A stretch of DNA of 64,000 bases from Candidatus Poribacteria bacterium (GTDB lineage Bacteria; Poribacteria; WGA-4E; WGA-3G), in NCBI GenBank assembly GCA_022819945.1, contig JAJEGI010000031.1, positions 27,792 through 91,791 of the forward strand, read 5' to 3'. This document shows positions 46,657 through 57,622 of this stretch, in pieces. The notes under the pieces are model-generated. The model made no database searches and was not told the DNA's origin. It was given only the letters and a program-made list of their open reading frames with translations. The stretch's first letter is position 1; every line of letters starts with the position of its first letter. Both the position numbers and the translations under genes were made by a program.

Positions 46657-48395
46657 TCGGTCATCTCCTCCAAACCCGTTTTCAGCAGTTGCGAGAAGAC
46701 AGAATCAGGGTCTTGAACAAGCCGATTTCGTTCACCGTGTTCCCGAATCTCACCGTCGGCAAGCACCATAATTTCGTCTACCTGTTGAACCGTTCCGAGT
46801 CGATGCGCAATGATGATACTCGTCCGTCCCCTCAATAACCGTTGCACCGCGCTGTCAATGCGTTGCTCTGTCGCAGGGTCGAGTCTTGAAGAGGGTTCAT
46901 CGAGGATAATGATCTTCGGATCTTTGAGGAAAACCCTGGCAAATGCCAGCAACTGCGCCTCTCCCGCAGAAAGACCGGTGCCTTCAAGCAGTGTGTCAAG
47001 CCCGTTCGGCAGCGATTGATACCACTCGGATAAGCCCAATTCTTCAATAACTGACAGAATCCGGTTGTCGGTGATTTCGGCATCAAAAAGCGTTAAATTC
47101 TCACGCACCGTTGCGTTGAAAAGCTGCACATCCTGTGTAACCATACCGATCCGGTTCCGTAAATCGTCTAACCGAATCCGCTCAATCGGCTGCCCCTCAA
47201 CGCGAATCTGTCCATTATTAATCTCATACAACCGAAATAGGAGACGGGTGATCGTTGTCTTACCGCTACCTGTCCGTCCGAGCAACCCCAATGATTTCCC
47301 CGGCTGCAATTGGAATGAAACATCTTTCAGCACCGTTTCGTCTTCAGTGTAACCAAATGTGACATGATCGAATTCAATACCGAGCGCGCTTGATGCCGGA
47401 AGTGTCTCTGTCCCATCCGCAATACTTGGCGTGATGCGATAGAGTTCTTCAATCCGTTTGAACCCCGCCGTTGCGCGCTGCAGTTCATTAATCTGCCGAC
47501 TAATCGCAATCAAGGGACCTCGGAGCATCGCCGTATAATGAATGACGAGGTAGACAGTCCCGATTGTGAACGCCCCTATCTGATACAGGTAAATACCCAT
47601 CACCATCGTCAGCGCAACGCCCAAAGCAAAAAGCACACCGCTGATTGTTTGGAGTACTTCTCCCATCACGTGTGCTTTTACGGCGCGACCGTATACATCC
47701 CGATTCACATCGTAGAACCGATCCATGGTATAGCCGATACCGCCGTTTGTGCGGAGGTCTTCGATACCTGTTAACCGTTCCTCAAGAAACCCGAACAGTC
47801 TGGAATAGCCTTCTCGCTCCGCTGTGTAGACGGGAACGGCGATGTTCCGAGTGAGATTGTAAACGAAGATGGAAATCGCCACGAAACCCGTCAACGCGAT
47901 ACCGATACGCCAGTCTTCAAGGGTAATCACAATTAGGATGCCACCAAGCAGCAACAGGCTACCTGCTACCTGAAGTATAAACTCAGAGAAAAAGTTTGAC
48001 AGTGCTGCCGTATCGCCATCAACGCGCTCGACCATCTCGCCAGGCGTGTGTTCATGGTGGAAGGACATGTCGAGTTGTAGACAGTGGTGCGCAAGATCGC
48101 CGCGCATCCAATTCGTTGCTCGCCAGCCAATATCCTGCCCTAAATAGGTGTTGACTAACATCAGCACCTGTCCAAGGAGTCCGATTGCGAAAAACGCACA
48201 GCCAGCGATGATCAGGTTTCGCGTCTCACCGCCCGCTTTTGCGGTATCAATGAAGTAACGAAGGATTTGGGGGTTGAGTAGTGTTAAACCTATTCCAATG
48301 AACATGGAGACAGCGAGGAGGGTCACCCGTATCCACTGTGGTCTAAGATACTGTGAAAGGAGTGCAGCATACTGCCTGAAAGGGACTCTTTCCAA
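46653..48395 (-). CDS. ABC exporter, fused permease/ATPase subunit (heterodimer partner 1)
   Basis: Walker [10 protein letters not shown], signature LSAGEAQL and Walker [10 protein letters not shown]. 4-nt overlap with the downstream partner. Confidence 0.9.
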   Translation of the reverse strand: MERVPFRQYAALLSQYLRPQWIRVTLLAVSMFIGIGLTLLNPQILRYFIDTAKAGGETRNLIIAGCAFFAIGLLGQVLMLVNTYLGQDIGWRATNWMRGDLAHHCLQLDMSFHHEHTPGEMVERVDGDTAALSNFFSEFILQVAGSLLLLGGILIVITLEDWRIGIALTGFVAISIFVYNLTRNIAVPVYTAEREGYSRLFGFLEERLTGIEDLRTNGGIGYTMDRFYDVNRDVYGRAVKAHVMGEVLQTISGVLFALGVALTMVMGIYLYQIGAFTIGTVYLVIHYTAMLRGPLIAISRQINELQRATAGFKRIEELYRITPSIADGTETLPASSALGIEFDHVTFGYTEDETVLKDVSFQLQPGKSLGLLGRTGSGKTTITRLLFRLYEINNGQIRVEGQPIERIRLDDLRNRIGMVTQDVQLFNATVRENLTLFDAEITDNRILSVIEELGLSEWYQSLPNGLDTLLEGTGLSAGEAQLLAFARVFLKDPKIIILDEPSSRLDPATEQRIDSAVQRLLRGRTSIIIAHRLGTVQQVDEIMVLADGEIREHGERNRLVQDPDSVFSQLLKTGLEEMTE

Positions 48396-48574
48396 ATTGC
48401 GCCTATCCTAATTCTCACTACAAAAATATAGTGAAAGATGCTATACTTTAAGCCAGTGAAGGAGCGTTTCTCTGTCATCCGTTATGATACACCAAGACAA
48501 GATTTCGTGCAAGAAAAATCGCACGTCTCACGTTTGTGTGAAGTATCGTCGACTAAATACTTGGGAACATTTGA

Positions 48575-48853
48575 ATGATTGACTCCGAAAGTTATCCCAT
48601 TATCGTACTCGGTGTCGAGCGCAGCGGGACATCTGTCGTTACCTTTGCACCTAATGATCAATATTACACCTATTTGATAGAAATAGGCACACAAGAGGTG
48701 TCTTTAGGAAGTGACCCTGAACTGAAAGGGAATCAGATTCTGGTGGACATCGCGTGGATATGCATAAACGAGCTCACAGAACGAGATAGAGTCTTTCTAT
48801 GGACTGCTGGTTTGTTGACAATTCCCGAATTTTCTGAGGAGATTTGTTGCTAA
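48575..48853 (+). CDS. Hypothetical protein (weak call)
   Basis: Only ORF in a 500-nt gap. No clear RBS and no recognised motif. Confidence 0.25.
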   Translation: MIDSESYPIIVLGVERSGTSVVTFAPNDQYYTYLIEIGTQEVSLGSDPELKGNQILVDIAWICINELTERDRVFLWTAGLLTIPEFSEEICC

Positions 48854-48904
48854 CCAAAAAGACATCGCATTCAGATATCCTATCACTTACGGAAAGGAAA
48901 CCGT

Positions 48905-50071
48905 ATGAATATTAAAGACATTCGCGTCGTAGAAATCGAACTTAACCCAAAACCAACAACAACGCCGCGCACTCCGAGTCGATCCAGAACATATCACTTG
49001 AACCGACCTATTACGCGTTATCCGTCATTCAATAGAAAAGAGGGACATGTCTCCTATTCAGAATGGAAACGTCCGGCATGCATTGTGACAGCAGAAGACG
49101 GGACATGGGGCTTCGGTCTCTCGCTTTACGGGGGCCCCGTAACCCGAATCATCTCAGATCATTTTGCGCCCTTCCTCGTTGGCGAAAATTGCATGGCAAC
49201 TGAGAAATTGTGGGATATGATGGTGCGATTGTCAGCCGCCTTTGGCGCGACCGGTTTGACGAGTTACGCCATTAGTGCAGTTGATTGCGCCCTCTGGGAC
49301 CTCAAAGGCAAAATCCTAAAAAGACCTGTCTACGAACTCCTCGGTGGCCCCCAAAAAGAAAAGATTTTCTGCTACGCCTCCGGTTTCGATCATGAATGGT
49401 ATATGGAACTCGGATTCAAAGCCACAAAACTCTTCACACCGTGGGGTCCAGAGCAAGGGAAAGAAGGCTTAGGTAAACTTGAAGAATTGGTGGCAACGAC
49501 ACGGGAAGCGATTGGCGATAAGGTCGACTTGATGTTGGACGCTTGGACGGGGTTTGATATAGAACATACCGTCCGCGTTTGCGAGACCATGAAGCCTTAC
49601 GGTCTGAAATGGATGGAAGATTATATTCCCGCCGATGATTTTGTTGGCTACGAAACGGTGCGTCAACGTATTCCTTGGCAAACGCTTGCCACCGGAGAAC
49701 ACTGGTATCTGCCAACCGTCTTTGCGGCGGCAGCAGGACGGCGGTTGGTTGACATCTTCCAACCGGACGTTTTGTGGTGTGGCGGTATTACATCAGCGGC
49801 AAAAATCTGCCACATTGCAGAGGCGAATGGGATTAACGTAATCACGCACGGCGGCATGAACTACCCCTACGGTCAACATCTCGCGTTTGCGATGCCCGCT
49901 ATTACGTGGGGTGAACGTTCTGAGGGCGTTTCTTCCCCCGGTGTCCCCCTCGAAGAGATGGCCAAGTTACCCGGCACTTCCGTCATCAAAGACGGCTATG
50001 TCGCACCGTCAGATGCTCCCGGTTTCGGTCTCGAAATTGATGAGGCATGGATAGAAAGTGTGATGGTATAA
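48905..50071 (+). CDS. Enolase-superfamily enzyme (mandelate racemase/muconate lactonizing family, acid-sugar dehydratase-like)
   Basis: AISAVDCALWDLKGK, LMLDAW...WMED and the ATGEH block match MR/MLE metal-ligand spacing. Confidence 0.8.
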   Translation: MNIKDIRVVEIELNPKPTTTPRTPSRSRTYHLNRPITRYPSFNRKEGHVSYSEWKRPACIVTAEDGTWGFGLSLYGGPVTRIISDHFAPFLVGENCMATEKLWDMMVRLSAAFGATGLTSYAISAVDCALWDLKGKILKRPVYELLGGPQKEKIFCYASGFDHEWYMELGFKATKLFTPWGPEQGKEGLGKLEELVATTREAIGDKVDLMLDAWTGFDIEHTVRVCETMKPYGLKWMEDYIPADDFVGYETVRQRIPWQTLATGEHWYLPTVFAAAAGRRLVDIFQPDVLWCGGITSAAKICHIAEANGINVITHGGMNYPYGQHLAFAMPAITWGERSEGVSSPGVPLEEMAKLPGTSVIKDGYVAPSDAPGFGLEIDEAWIESVMV

Positions 50072-50077
50072 ATCGAA

Positions 50078-50851
50078 ATGAATGACGAAATTACGATTGC
50101 CAATCAAGCACATTGGGAAGCCGAAGTCTTAAAAAAGAACGGCTTTACCGTGCCGTGGCTCGACCTCAATAGAGACGATATTCTAAAGTATGCTGAAGGT
50201 GAACTTACCCCAATTCCCTATCACTTTTATCAAATCTACCCTGCATATCTACTCAGAGATGTTGCGGATAAGGATGTGTTGTGCCTCGCAGCAGGTGGCG
50301 GACAGCAGTCAGCAGTGTTCGGTCTGCTCGGTGCCCGAGTGACTGTGATTGATTTCACACAAGGTCAACTTAACGGCGATATTACTGCCGCGAAGCATTA
50401 CGGCTACCCAGTCGAGACAATTTTCGCCAACATCCGCGATTTGTCCGAGGTTCGAGATGCGTCGTATGATCTCATCTATCAAGGACCTTCCATGAGTTGG
50501 GTACCCTCCGTTCATGAAATCTATAGAGGCGTATCAAGAATCGTCCGGTCCGGGGGTCGGTATCGTGTAGATTTTGGCAACCCCGCTAATCATTTTTGGG
50601 AATGGGATGGTGAATACTATCGCGTCACCGAACCGTATTCTGAGCGCGTTTTCAGGTATTCAGATGGAGCGTTTGATTTTCGACATTACCTTAGCGATAT
50701 ATTCAACGGACTTGTGGACAACGGCTTTCAGATTGAGCGGGTTGAGGAACGGGCTTGGACCCAGCCAGATATTGAGGCGACACCGGGAAGTTGGGCGCAT
50801 GAAATGGCTTACAATGTGAGTTTTGCCGTTGTTGCGAAGAAAGAGATATAG
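50078..50851 (+). CDS. Class I SAM-dependent methyltransferase
   Basis: Motif I VLCLAAGGGQQSAVFGLLGARVTVIDFT and post-I YDLIYQG. Confidence 0.7.
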   Translation: MNDEITIANQAHWEAEVLKKNGFTVPWLDLNRDDILKYAEGELTPIPYHFYQIYPAYLLRDVADKDVLCLAAGGGQQSAVFGLLGARVTVIDFTQGQLNGDITAAKHYGYPVETIFANIRDLSEVRDASYDLIYQGPSMSWVPSVHEIYRGVSRIVRSGGRYRVDFGNPANHFWEWDGEYYRVTEPYSERVFRYSDGAFDFRHYLSDIFNGLVDNGFQIERVEERAWTQPDIEATPGSWAHEMAYNVSFAVVAKKEI

Positions 50852-50874
50852 GTCTGAAAGGTGGAGGTTTTACC

Positions 50875-51324
50875 GTGGAGGAGGTAAGTCTTCGCAAGGC
50901 ACACGCAAACGACAGTGAATTCGTTTTTACCGTAAAGAAGGCAGCGTTCCAAGAATATGTGGAACAGGTCTGGGGTTGGGACGATAGTTATCAAAGGGAA
51001 CTGCACAATAGACGGTTCGCTGCACAGGATGTTTGCATTATCCAGTTTTGTGGGGTGGATGTCGGTTTTTTGGCAATATCTCATACTTCAGGCATGCTCA
51101 AGGTCAATCAACTCTTTATTCTTCCTGAATATCAGGGGAGAGGCATCGGTTCCGCGTGCATGCCCCGTATTATTGATAATGCCAATCTTGAGGGGAAGTC
51201 TGTGGTACTTCAAGTCCTAAAGGTCAATACCCGTGGTATCATCTTTTATCAACGGCTGGGATTCACAATCGTCAGTGAAAGTGCTACACACGTTCAGATG
51301 GAAAAGTTGCCTGAATTGAGTTAG
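50875..51324 (+). CDS. GNAT family N-acetyltransferase
   Basis: Motif A YQGRGIGSACMPRIIDNA...FYQRLGF. GTG start with a GGTGGAGG RBS. Confidence 0.8.
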   Translation: MEEVSLRKAHANDSEFVFTVKKAAFQEYVEQVWGWDDSYQRELHNRRFAAQDVCIIQFCGVDVGFLAISHTSGMLKVNQLFILPEYQGRGIGSACMPRIIDNANLEGKSVVLQVLKVNTRGIIFYQRLGFTIVSESATHVQMEKLPELS

Positions 51325-51327
51325 TAG

Positions 51328-51954
51328 ATGAGTGATTTCAAGAATCGCCCCATTCCGAGAGAAGTTGCGGTGGAAAATTTATCACCAGAGGAGATTGAGC
51401 GCATCACGCAAACCGTGTTTGTCGCGCCTGAGTCCCAACTCGTTGATTTCCTTTTTATCTTTGGGACTTCCACTATTGATAATGAAATTTTAGAATCTGT
51501 GGCACGTGACTATCAAAAAGGTCGCTTTCCAAAAGTCATGGTCACCGGTTTGAGTGGACGGCTCTATTCCGAAACAGGCAAACCTGTAGCACATATAATG
51601 CGTGATGAGCTCATAGCACGCGGTGTTCCATCAGAGGTAATCCTCGTTCAGGACAGATCAACGAACACGCTTGAGGATGTTGCCTTCAGTCTTGATGTCT
51701 TAGAAAAGCATAGCATTTCTCCCGATAGTATCGCATTTCTGTGCAAGGCGCACCATAGCGGTCGCTGCCTGCGAACCTTGCGGAAATTCTTCCCTTCTCA
51801 AATACTTTCACCTGTTACATATCTTGCTGAATATGAAGGTGTCAAAATATCCAAAGAAGATTGGTATCAGCACGAGGTATCGAGAGGTCGCGTGTATGGT
51901 GAATATCTGCGTATCATCGAATATACAAGGAGGGGCGACATTGCTCATCTTTAA
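51328..51954 (+). CDS. YdcF/DUF218 family protein
   Basis: FIFGTS...VMVTG...DRSTNTLEDV pattern of DUF218. Confidence 0.75.
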   Translation: MSDFKNRPIPREVAVENLSPEEIERITQTVFVAPESQLVDFLFIFGTSTIDNEILESVARDYQKGRFPKVMVTGLSGRLYSETGKPVAHIMRDELIARGVPSEVILVQDRSTNTLEDVAFSLDVLEKHSISPDSIAFLCKAHHSGRCLRTLRKFFPSQILSPVTYLAEYEGVKISKEDWYQHEVSRGRVYGEYLRIIEYTRRGDIAHL

Positions 51955-51998
51955 AGTGGCAGGCACACGCTGTGTGCCGTATTTGGAGCATGTTCACA

Positions 51999-52958
51999 AT
52001 GTCTATTGATTTCATTGAAGCACTCTCCACAGATAACTTAACGGCTATAAAAGCATCTCCTAAAACTGACGTTCACTGTCATGCGTTTTTCAGTGCTCGA
52101 CGGGAAAGCGTAGAACGTTGGCTCGGACAACCCCTAACCAAACCGCCCCCGAAAATGAAAGGCGTTGAGGGGATGATGGCATACGCAGACGCGGTCTTGG
52201 CACCTCACATAAAACATCGCGAAGGTTTCGAGTTCGTTGCTGTGTCAGCGATGAACGATGCAGTTCAAGATGGTGTTGTTATGCTTGAGATGAGCTTTGA
52301 CATTCGGTTGGCAGAGTTCTATTCCGGTGGAATAACGGAACTATGTGCGTTTATTGAGGCATTGGTTGAGCGATATAATAGACAGGCAGAGCTACGTCCA
52401 GAACTCGGCTTTTCGCGTGGAAATGCTGAGGACCCAAAACTGATGGCGTTAGCACAAGAAGCAGTAGAAATGGGTGTGTTCCAATCAATTGATCTCTATA
52501 GCCGTCAAGAGGTATGTCCACCAGAGGTTATGAAGCCGTTGTTTACGAAGGCACGCGCAGCCGAAATGAAACTCAAAGCACACGTTGGAGAATTTGAGGA
52601 TGCAGATGAAGTCCGGCGGACGGTCGAAGTTCTTGACTTAGACGAGGTCCAACACGGTATCGCCGCCGCAGAATCGGTTGAAGTGATGCGATGGCTTTCC
52701 GAGCATCACATTCAGTTAAACGTGTGTCCAACGAGCAATGTGATGCTGGACGGTGTGCCGGAGCTTGCCGCGCATCCTATCCGCGTCTTATTTGACAACG
52801 GTGTACCGGTGACAATTAACACAGACGATCTGATGATATTCGGTCAGAGCGTTTCTGAAGAGTATCGTAACCTCTACCAAGCGGGTGTCTTCAGTGCTGA
52901 TGAGTTAGACAATATCCGCCGCGCATCCCTCGTAGGAGTGACCGCTCAGTCGCGATAG
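51999..52958 (+). CDS. Adenosine/AMP deaminase family metallo-hydrolase
   Basis: KTDVHCHAF (HxH), KAHVGEF and INTDDLMIF blocks. Start at ATG 51999, with GGAG 10 nt upstream; the ORF opens at 51972. Confidence 0.75.
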   Translation: MSIDFIEALSTDNLTAIKASPKTDVHCHAFFSARRESVERWLGQPLTKPPPKMKGVEGMMAYADAVLAPHIKHREGFEFVAVSAMNDAVQDGVVMLEMSFDIRLAEFYSGGITELCAFIEALVERYNRQAELRPELGFSRGNAEDPKLMALAQEAVEMGVFQSIDLYSRQEVCPPEVMKPLFTKARAAEMKLKAHVGEFEDADEVRRTVEVLDLDEVQHGIAAAESVEVMRWLSEHHIQLNVCPTSNVMLDGVPELAAHPIRVLFDNGVPVTINTDDLMIFGQSVSEEYRNLYQAGVFSADELDNIRRASLVGVTAQSR

Positions 52959-52972
52959 CTCGCGTGCTGCAA

Positions 52973-54052
52973 TTAATCGACCCGCGGTTGTCTCGCCGTT
53001 GGATTTCTTTGTAAACGGACTTTTGAGTCTTTCAATGGTAGCTCAATACGTGCGCCGTTGTGTAGATGCGATTCAATTATCCCAAAAATCAGTTCAGTGC
53101 TGGCATACGCACACCGGACACCGCCTCGGGTCGGTTCCCCTGTATCTAACGCGTGAACAAGGTCTTTAATCAGGTTTGCTGTGCTACTGGTATGTTCAAA
53201 TGCTGGGAAGGTTTCAGGTACCTGACATGCCCGCCATCCGGGTATATCTTGCTGTTTACGGAGATGCCACTGCCAACCGTTGTTCCAGCATGTGACGGTT
53301 CCACTATCACAAATTGCCTCCCATTCACTACCACGTGGCGTTAGCAGCGCATGTGCCGTCACACCATTTTCAAACTGGATTGTTCCGCCACCAGACGGAT
53401 CCGCTCGCAGCTCATCCCCATCAAAAACCGAATCGCCTTGTGGAAGATAACCTGTGACCCAACTCGCAGGCACATCGCTATTCAGACGTAAAATCAGGTC
53501 GAGATGATGGCTGGCTGAGTTGAAAAGTGTACTGTTTGAATAGATGATTAAGGTACGCAGTTTACCAATTTCACCGCTGTCAATGATCTCCTTCATCTTG
53601 TCAAAACCTGTATGCCAGCGGCGATTTGTACCGAGATTAAAGGCGACATTGTTTTCTTCTACTGCAGACACCATTGCTGCGGCTTCGTCCATGGAAGCTG
53701 CCATCGCCTTTTCTGCATAGATGGCTTTCACACCGTGCGTCGCTGCGTAAACAACAATTTCTGCGCGATGCTCCGGTTGTGTGGCGACACTGACGATATC
53801 CGGCTGCTCTTTTTCAAGCATTTCACGGTAATCGGTGTATTGGTTCGCTTTTGGGACATTGTACCGGTTTCCAAAATGTTCCATGACATCTGGACGCAGA
53901 TCGGCACACGCGATAAGATCCGTTCGTTCTTCGGCAAAAAAGCCTGCAGCATGGGAATAAGGCAACTTAATCGCTGCGTAATCGGGGACTTCGTTATCAA
54001 TAAATGCGCCCATCCGGCTGCAACCGATAACAGCGGCACGATACGTTTTCAT
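52973..54052 (-). CDS. Gfo/Idh/MocA family oxidoreductase
   Basis: YRAAVIGCSRMG Rossmann N-terminus and YAEKAMA (EKP-like) motif. Confidence 0.85.
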   Translation of the reverse strand: MKTYRAAVIGCSRMGAFIDNEVPDYAAIKLPYSHAAGFFAEERTDLIACADLRPDVMEHFGNRYNVPKANQYTDYREMLEKEQPDIVSVATQPEHRAEIVVYAATHGVKAIYAEKAMAASMDEAAAMVSAVEENNVAFNLGTNRRWHTGFDKMKEIIDSGEIGKLRTLIIYSNSTLFNSASHHLDLILRLNSDVPASWVTGYLPQGDSVFDGDELRADPSGGGTIQFENGVTAHALLTPRGSEWEAICDSGTVTCWNNGWQWHLRKQQDIPGWRACQVPETFPAFEHTSSTANLIKDLVHALDTGEPTRGGVRCAYASTELIFGIIESHLHNGARIELPLKDSKVRLQRNPTARQPRVD

Positions 54053-54191
54053 CTGTATTCTCCTTCTCCGTAATAAAATAGTTCAATCGGACCTTCTACC
54101 GCATTCGATCAATTGTTCACTCATTGAAAGAATAACTAATTTTGTAAAACACGTCAAGAAAAAACCTATCTGACCTATCAATCTTTTCCGA

Positions 54192-54219
54192 TTGACACAC
54201 CCCAAATTTGTGATACAAT
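54192..54219 (+). promoter_or_regulatory. Candidate sigma-70 promoter (TTGACA, 16-nt spacer, TGATACAAT extended -10)
   Basis: TTGACA at 54192-54197 and TACAAT at 54214-54219, preceded by TGA. Confidence 0.45.
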
Positions 54220-54327
54220 TATTGACACGAATGGTCCCCAAGTTGCTATCTGTTTTCAAGCCATTAGGAGGAATAGCCCGTGCGACAATTGATAAATCGT
54301 GAAAATAACATTCCCAGGAAAAAGAGA

Positions 54328-56619
54328 ATGAGCAGCCAATTGCGTTGCCTGTTCATCGGCTGGATGTTGCTCTCAGTTCTTATTTCCGTAGGTTTCACCG
54401 ATGAACTTGGACTCGTCACTGAGGTGGAATTTCAACCTTTAGCATCAGCAACCGAACGACTCATTGAGGCGTTGGATTATCTCGGCTCACCCCTATCCGA
54501 AGCCGACCTTTCAGCAATCAAGACGGCGTTGGTGTCCGAAGACCATAAACAAGCTGTTGTTGATATTCAAAAAATTCTTGATGCGCACTGTATGGCTGGT
54601 GTCAATATCAACCCTGAGAGCCGTGTGAAGGTTAAAGAAGGTCCCGTAAATAAGGAACTGATGCAACAGGGTTGGCGCACCTTTTTGGTAAAAGTGCACA
54701 ACGAGGCGGGTGTGACGGCACCCTTAGCCGCAGAGAGTGAGAATGCTGCCCCATTGTATAAGCGTTCCAGCGGAAGTCCCGACCCAGAGATGACTGTACG
54801 CAAAAGCGATATTCCACATCGGTTTCTGGACATTGATGTCTATGCGAACCCTCCCTTGAAAGCAGATTTGTCGGGATTGGAATTGGAATATCGTATCGTC
54901 CAACTCTACAGCCGTGATGCAGGGAAACGGGAGGCGATGCTCGGTTTCAACGTCGGTCAAGGGACGCAGGACATCGGATTCCGCAGTGAAGTGCCTATCC
55001 TATTCGATTGTGTGCCAGCGGTAAAGGTCGCCTTAGAGGTATTGGATTTTGATGGAAAGCCGACAACAGCGTCTTTTATTATTCGCGACGAACTGAACCG
55101 AGTGTACCCGTCGCGTGGACGTAGACTTGCACCCGATTTCTTCTTCCACAATCAAATCTATCGGCACAGTGGCGAATCCGTTCTCCTGCCGCCGGGTGAG
55201 TATACCGTTGAATACACACGCGGACCAGAATATAAAATAAAAACACAAACCATCACTGTTCCGAACGCCGAGACGCATCAAGAGACCTTTCATCTCGAAA
55301 GATGGATCCATATCGCGGCGGAAGGCTGGCGTTCTGGCGATCACCATGTACACGCCGCGGGGTGTGCGCACTACGAAAGTCCGACCGAGGGTGTTACCCC
55401 AGAGGACATGATGCGCCATATTCTCGGCGAAGACCTCAATGTAGGGTGTGTACTCTCGTGGGGACCCTGCTGGTATTTTCAGAAGCAGTTTTTTGATGGC
55501 AAAGTTCATGAACTCTCGACCGATGACTACGTGATGCGCTATGATGTAGAGGTTTCGGGGTTCCCTTCCTCGCATGCTGGACACCTCTCGATATTAGGGC
55601 TTACAGAGGACGACTACAGAGGAACTGAGCGGATTGAAGAGTGGCCGAGTTGGGATCTACCCGTGCTTCAGTGGGCAAAGGAACAGGGTGCAGTAACGGG
55701 GTTCAGCCACAGCGGTTGGGGTTTGAAAGTGGATGGCGACGAACTCCCCAATTACAACATGCCGCCTTTCGATGGTATCGGTGCAAACGAATATATCGTA
55801 GATGTTGTTCATGACGCTGTTGATTTCATCTCCACAGTGGACACGCCTGCTGTTTGGGAACTGAATATCTGGTATCACACCCTGAATTGCGGTTTCCGCA
55901 CGCGAATCAGCGGCGAGACGGATTTCCCTTGCATTTACGGTGAGCGCGTCGGATTGGGTCGCATCTATGTGAAAATGCCCCCCGGTGCTCTTGACTTTGA
56001 CGCATGGGCAGCAGGATTGAAAGATGGTCGTTCTTATGTCGGAGATGGCAAAAGCCATCTGTTGGACTTTATCGTGGGTGGTGTACTGGTTGGGGAAAAG
56101 GCACCCACTGGAGAGCTGAGCCAGTTGGATTTGGAAGCACCCAGCACGATAAAGATTACGGCTCGTATCGCTGCACGGCTTGGTGAAACGCCGAACTTTG
56201 AAATAAAGAACCGATCTCTGGATCAGCAGCCGTATTGGGATATTGAACGTGCGCGTATTGCGGAAAGCCAGAAGGTGCCTGTTGAGCTTATTGTCAACGG
56301 TCAAGCAGTTGAGACGCAAGAAGTTGTCGCTGATGGTAAAGTCGTCCCTATTCAATTTGAGGCACCTATTGACAGATCGAGTTGGGTTGCGTTACGTATT
56401 TTCCCATCGTCTCATACGAATCCTGTTTTTGTCATTGTAGACGACAAGCCGATCCGGGCGAGTCGCAGAAGTGCACAGTGGTGTTTAGATGCAGTGGAGG
56501 TCTGCTGGAACGAAAAGGTTAATCGCATCCGAGAGGAGGAACGCGATGCCGCTCGCAAAGCATACAACGTCGCATCACACACATATCAAAAGATTCTTGA
56601 AGAATCTGATGTAGATTGA
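54328..56619 (+). CDS. CehA/McbA-family (PHP-domain) metallohydrolase, secreted
   Basis: Signal peptide and GWRSGDHHVHAAGCAHY, a PHP-type His cluster typical of CehA/McbA proteins. Start set at ATG 54328; the ORF opens with GTG at 54280. Confidence 0.7.
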   Translation: MSSQLRCLFIGWMLLSVLISVGFTDELGLVTEVEFQPLASATERLIEALDYLGSPLSEADLSAIKTALVSEDHKQAVVDIQKILDAHCMAGVNINPESRVKVKEGPVNKELMQQGWRTFLVKVHNEAGVTAPLAAESENAAPLYKRSSGSPDPEMTVRKSDIPHRFLDIDVYANPPLKADLSGLELEYRIVQLYSRDAGKREAMLGFNVGQGTQDIGFRSEVPILFDCVPAVKVALEVLDFDGKPTTASFIIRDELNRVYPSRGRRLAPDFFFHNQIYRHSGESVLLPPGEYTVEYTRGPEYKIKTQTITVPNAETHQETFHLERWIHIAAEGWRSGDHHVHAAGCAHYESPTEGVTPEDMMRHILGEDLNVGCVLSWGPCWYFQKQFFDGKVHELSTDDYVMRYDVEVSGFPSSHAGHLSILGLTEDDYRGTERIEEWPSWDLPVLQWAKEQGAVTGFSHSGWGLKVDGDELPNYNMPPFDGIGANEYIVDVVHDAVDFISTVDTPAVWELNIWYHTLNCGFRTRISGETDFPCIYGERVGLGRIYVKMPPGALDFDAWAAGLKDGRSYVGDGKSHLLDFIVGGVLVGEKAPTGELSQLDLEAPSTIKITARIAARLGETPNFEIKNRSLDQQPYWDIERARIAESQKVPVELIVNGQAVETQEVVADGKVVPIQFEAPIDRSSWVALRIFPSSHTNPVFVIVDDKPIRASRRSAQWCLDAVEVCWNEKVNRIREEERDAARKAYNVASHTYQKILEESDVD

Positions 56620-56668
56620 AACTGAAGTCTTTTGAGAAGAACAACCCTTTAACCTGGAGATGACCCCG

Positions 56669-57562
56669 ATGCAATACGACAAAAACAGATTCAAAATACA
56701 TGCCCTACCTCACCCCCTTGTCTTACACTGGGTATTGAACCCAATGATAATGTTCAACGAACTGGTTTTCGGACAACGACTTCCCAAAGTCACATTGATT
56801 GATAAAAAGAGTGATAAACCTCAGTTGGAAGGCTCTTACATTCCCTGCCCGCACTGTGAAACGCTGAATGACAGCCGTTTGTGGGCAAAAGGCAACGCTT
56901 TTGAGCATTGGTTCGGCTTTGCTTGTCCAAGTTGCCATGAAATCATTCCGTGTCTATGGAACATTTTTAGTCTCGCTATATTGGCGATTACTTTTCCGCT
57001 GTGGTATTTCCCGGTACGGTTCTTCCGCCGAAGATGGCTTGAGAAAGAAAAAGAGAGATTGGCAAAGGTCCTTGAACGCCCTCTAATTCAAGCAAAGTCC
57101 ATAAATTGGCTTTTGATAGACGTTTGCAGTTACGGTGTATCTATAGCGGTGGCGGGGGTGCTGTGGGTGATTTGCTGGGTTCTGTTGGACGTTTGGAACG
57201 GAAGAGAATGGGATTTGAGAGCAGTGATGTTTGAGGCGTTGTCATTCTGTTTGATGTTAGGCGTTGTATGGAGTTTAGTCCGGTATGGTTCATCGATAGA
57301 GAAAGATGAAAAAAGATTGGCGAGTGCTCTTGAACGTCACCTGGCAAAGTCCATAAATTGGTTTGAGCCCATAAAGTGGTTTGTTAGAGGCACCTTTTAC
57401 GGTGGATTCCTATGGGTGGCTTACGAGGTTTTGAGGGTTTTGGAGGGAGGAGACTGGGATTTGAGATGGATGTTTGATGGATTGCCAGGTTGGTTGTTCG
57501 CAGGATGGATATTGGGAGCATTCATGCATGTTTTGACGAATCTAAAGGGAAGAAAAACCTGA
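56669..57562 (+). CDS. Zinc-ribbon membrane protein, paralog A (duplicated C-terminal module)
   Basis: CPHC...CPSC zinc-ribbon pair followed by TM helices. The N-terminal ~130 aa are near-identical to the next gene. Confidence 0.55.
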   Translation: MQYDKNRFKIHALPHPLVLHWVLNPMIMFNELVFGQRLPKVTLIDKKSDKPQLEGSYIPCPHCETLNDSRLWAKGNAFEHWFGFACPSCHEIIPCLWNIFSLAILAITFPLWYFPVRFFRRRWLEKEKERLAKVLERPLIQAKSINWLLIDVCSYGVSIAVAGVLWVICWVLLDVWNGREWDLRAVMFEALSFCLMLGVVWSLVRYGSSIEKDEKRLASALERHLAKSINWFEPIKWFVRGTFYGGFLWVAYEVLRVLEGGDWDLRWMFDGLPGWLFAGWILGAFMHVLTNLKGRKT

Positions 57563-57622
57563 ATCTGACTAATGTATGAAGTCTCTTAAGAAAAACAACC
57601 GTTTGAAATGGAGATAAACCTG

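Noticed and set aside
55033-56355. Minus-strand ORFs of 183 and 232 aa inside the CehA/McbA-like gene.
   Set aside because: They overlap a well-supported plus-strand CDS, have no RBS or motifs, and are shadow ORFs.
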